64,000 bases of DNA from the NCBI GenBank assembly GCA_030141605.1, contig JAQGDQ010000629.1, forward strand, positions 1 to 64,000. The letters are read 5' to 3'. Each line of letters opens with the position of its first letter. The first letter of the stretch is position 1. Below are positions 63,184 through 64,000 of this stretch, one piece after another. Below the pieces are notes generated by a model. The model ran no database searches and was not told the origin of the DNA. It saw nothing but the letters and a program-made list of their open reading frames with translations. The translations under genes and the position numbers were made by a program. The DNA comes from Tubiluchus corallicola. Its lineage: Eukaryota; Animalia; Priapulida.

Positions 63184-64000
63184 TACAATGAGACGTATCA
63201 GACATTTACACTGGTAACTATCTCTCCGATTATGACGTAAATTGAACAGTCAATTAACAGAACAATGAATGAAATGCTTAGAACTTTACATCCATAGTGA
63301 CACAAATGATCAGAATTAATGATGCTATAACAGCTAATTACAAAAATAAATTATACTAACTTACTAAGATAATCATTTTACAGTGTCATGAAATTATTAC
63401 TAATATACTGTAATTATTTTATCATGCTATGAACGCCATATGAACTAAACACAATAACAGGTAATAGTTACTGTAGTGGCAATTACCGCACACCATATCA
63501 CGACTGGTTCAAGTGCATAGCAACTCAGCCCTCTCAAACCTTAATTTTCACAACTATTATATATATATATGCAGGCAATGCAGTATTATAGTTTATTCGT
63601 ACTGCAAGTACAACGTGACTATTCCATATATTAGCGAGTAATTTAAATCATTAGGCCTATATGATAAGTAAGTTTTATTACGCTAGTACACATAGGGACT
63701 AGATTAGAACTTAAAGTTAAACAATTACAGTGAATGAATTCACGGGTACTACATACGTTTATCACACATGTTTAAACTTGACGCGCACAATCCTAAAACT
63801 GTTGAATCAGTTTAGTAAGTTCATTTCAACGAAAGTAAAAATGTCTCGTTGTCTTACTCATGCACGTCCTGCTGCATCCGCAACAATAACTCGGCAATGT
63901 TCTGCATGTGTCAGACGCCACGTTGGAGAGACTACAAGACATTCTTGTTGCTAATCTGTACTCTAATAAAAACTGTGAGGAGTAGTATCAAGGTTACGAT

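Overview
AT-rich, intron-containing animal genomic DNA, most likely a marine invertebrate (lophotrochozoan-like; inference). Reading splice sites by hand gives several genes the ORF track misses. (1) A complete 4-exon, minus-strand precursor (9667->3012, 178 aa): signal peptide, BRICHOS domain, furin site RYKR, then a cysteine-free cationic 20-aa putative beta-hairpin peptide. An intronless carbohydrate sulfotransferase lies antisense inside its first coding intron. (2) A 6-exon CYP2-clan P450 pseudogene (frameshift plus premature stop), head-to-head with an orphan exon-1 paralogue. (3) Two intronless rhodopsin-class GPCRs. (4) Two integrin-alpha exons that are splice-phase compatible with a downstream 3-repeat tectonin lectin. 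(5) An intronless GPI-anchored 5'-nucleotidase with three His metal ligands replaced by Asp. (6) A secreted Gly/Tyr-rich structural protein. The repeats include a 2.2-kb palindrome built from Penelope-like ends with minimal hammerhead ribozymes, piggyBac/hAT/Harbinger/Kolobok-type MITEs, Helitrons (one holding a solo LTR), a 5S-derived SINE, LINE 3' ends, a MITE expanding into a satellite, and many micro/minisatellites. All calls come from visual reading; no database searches were run.
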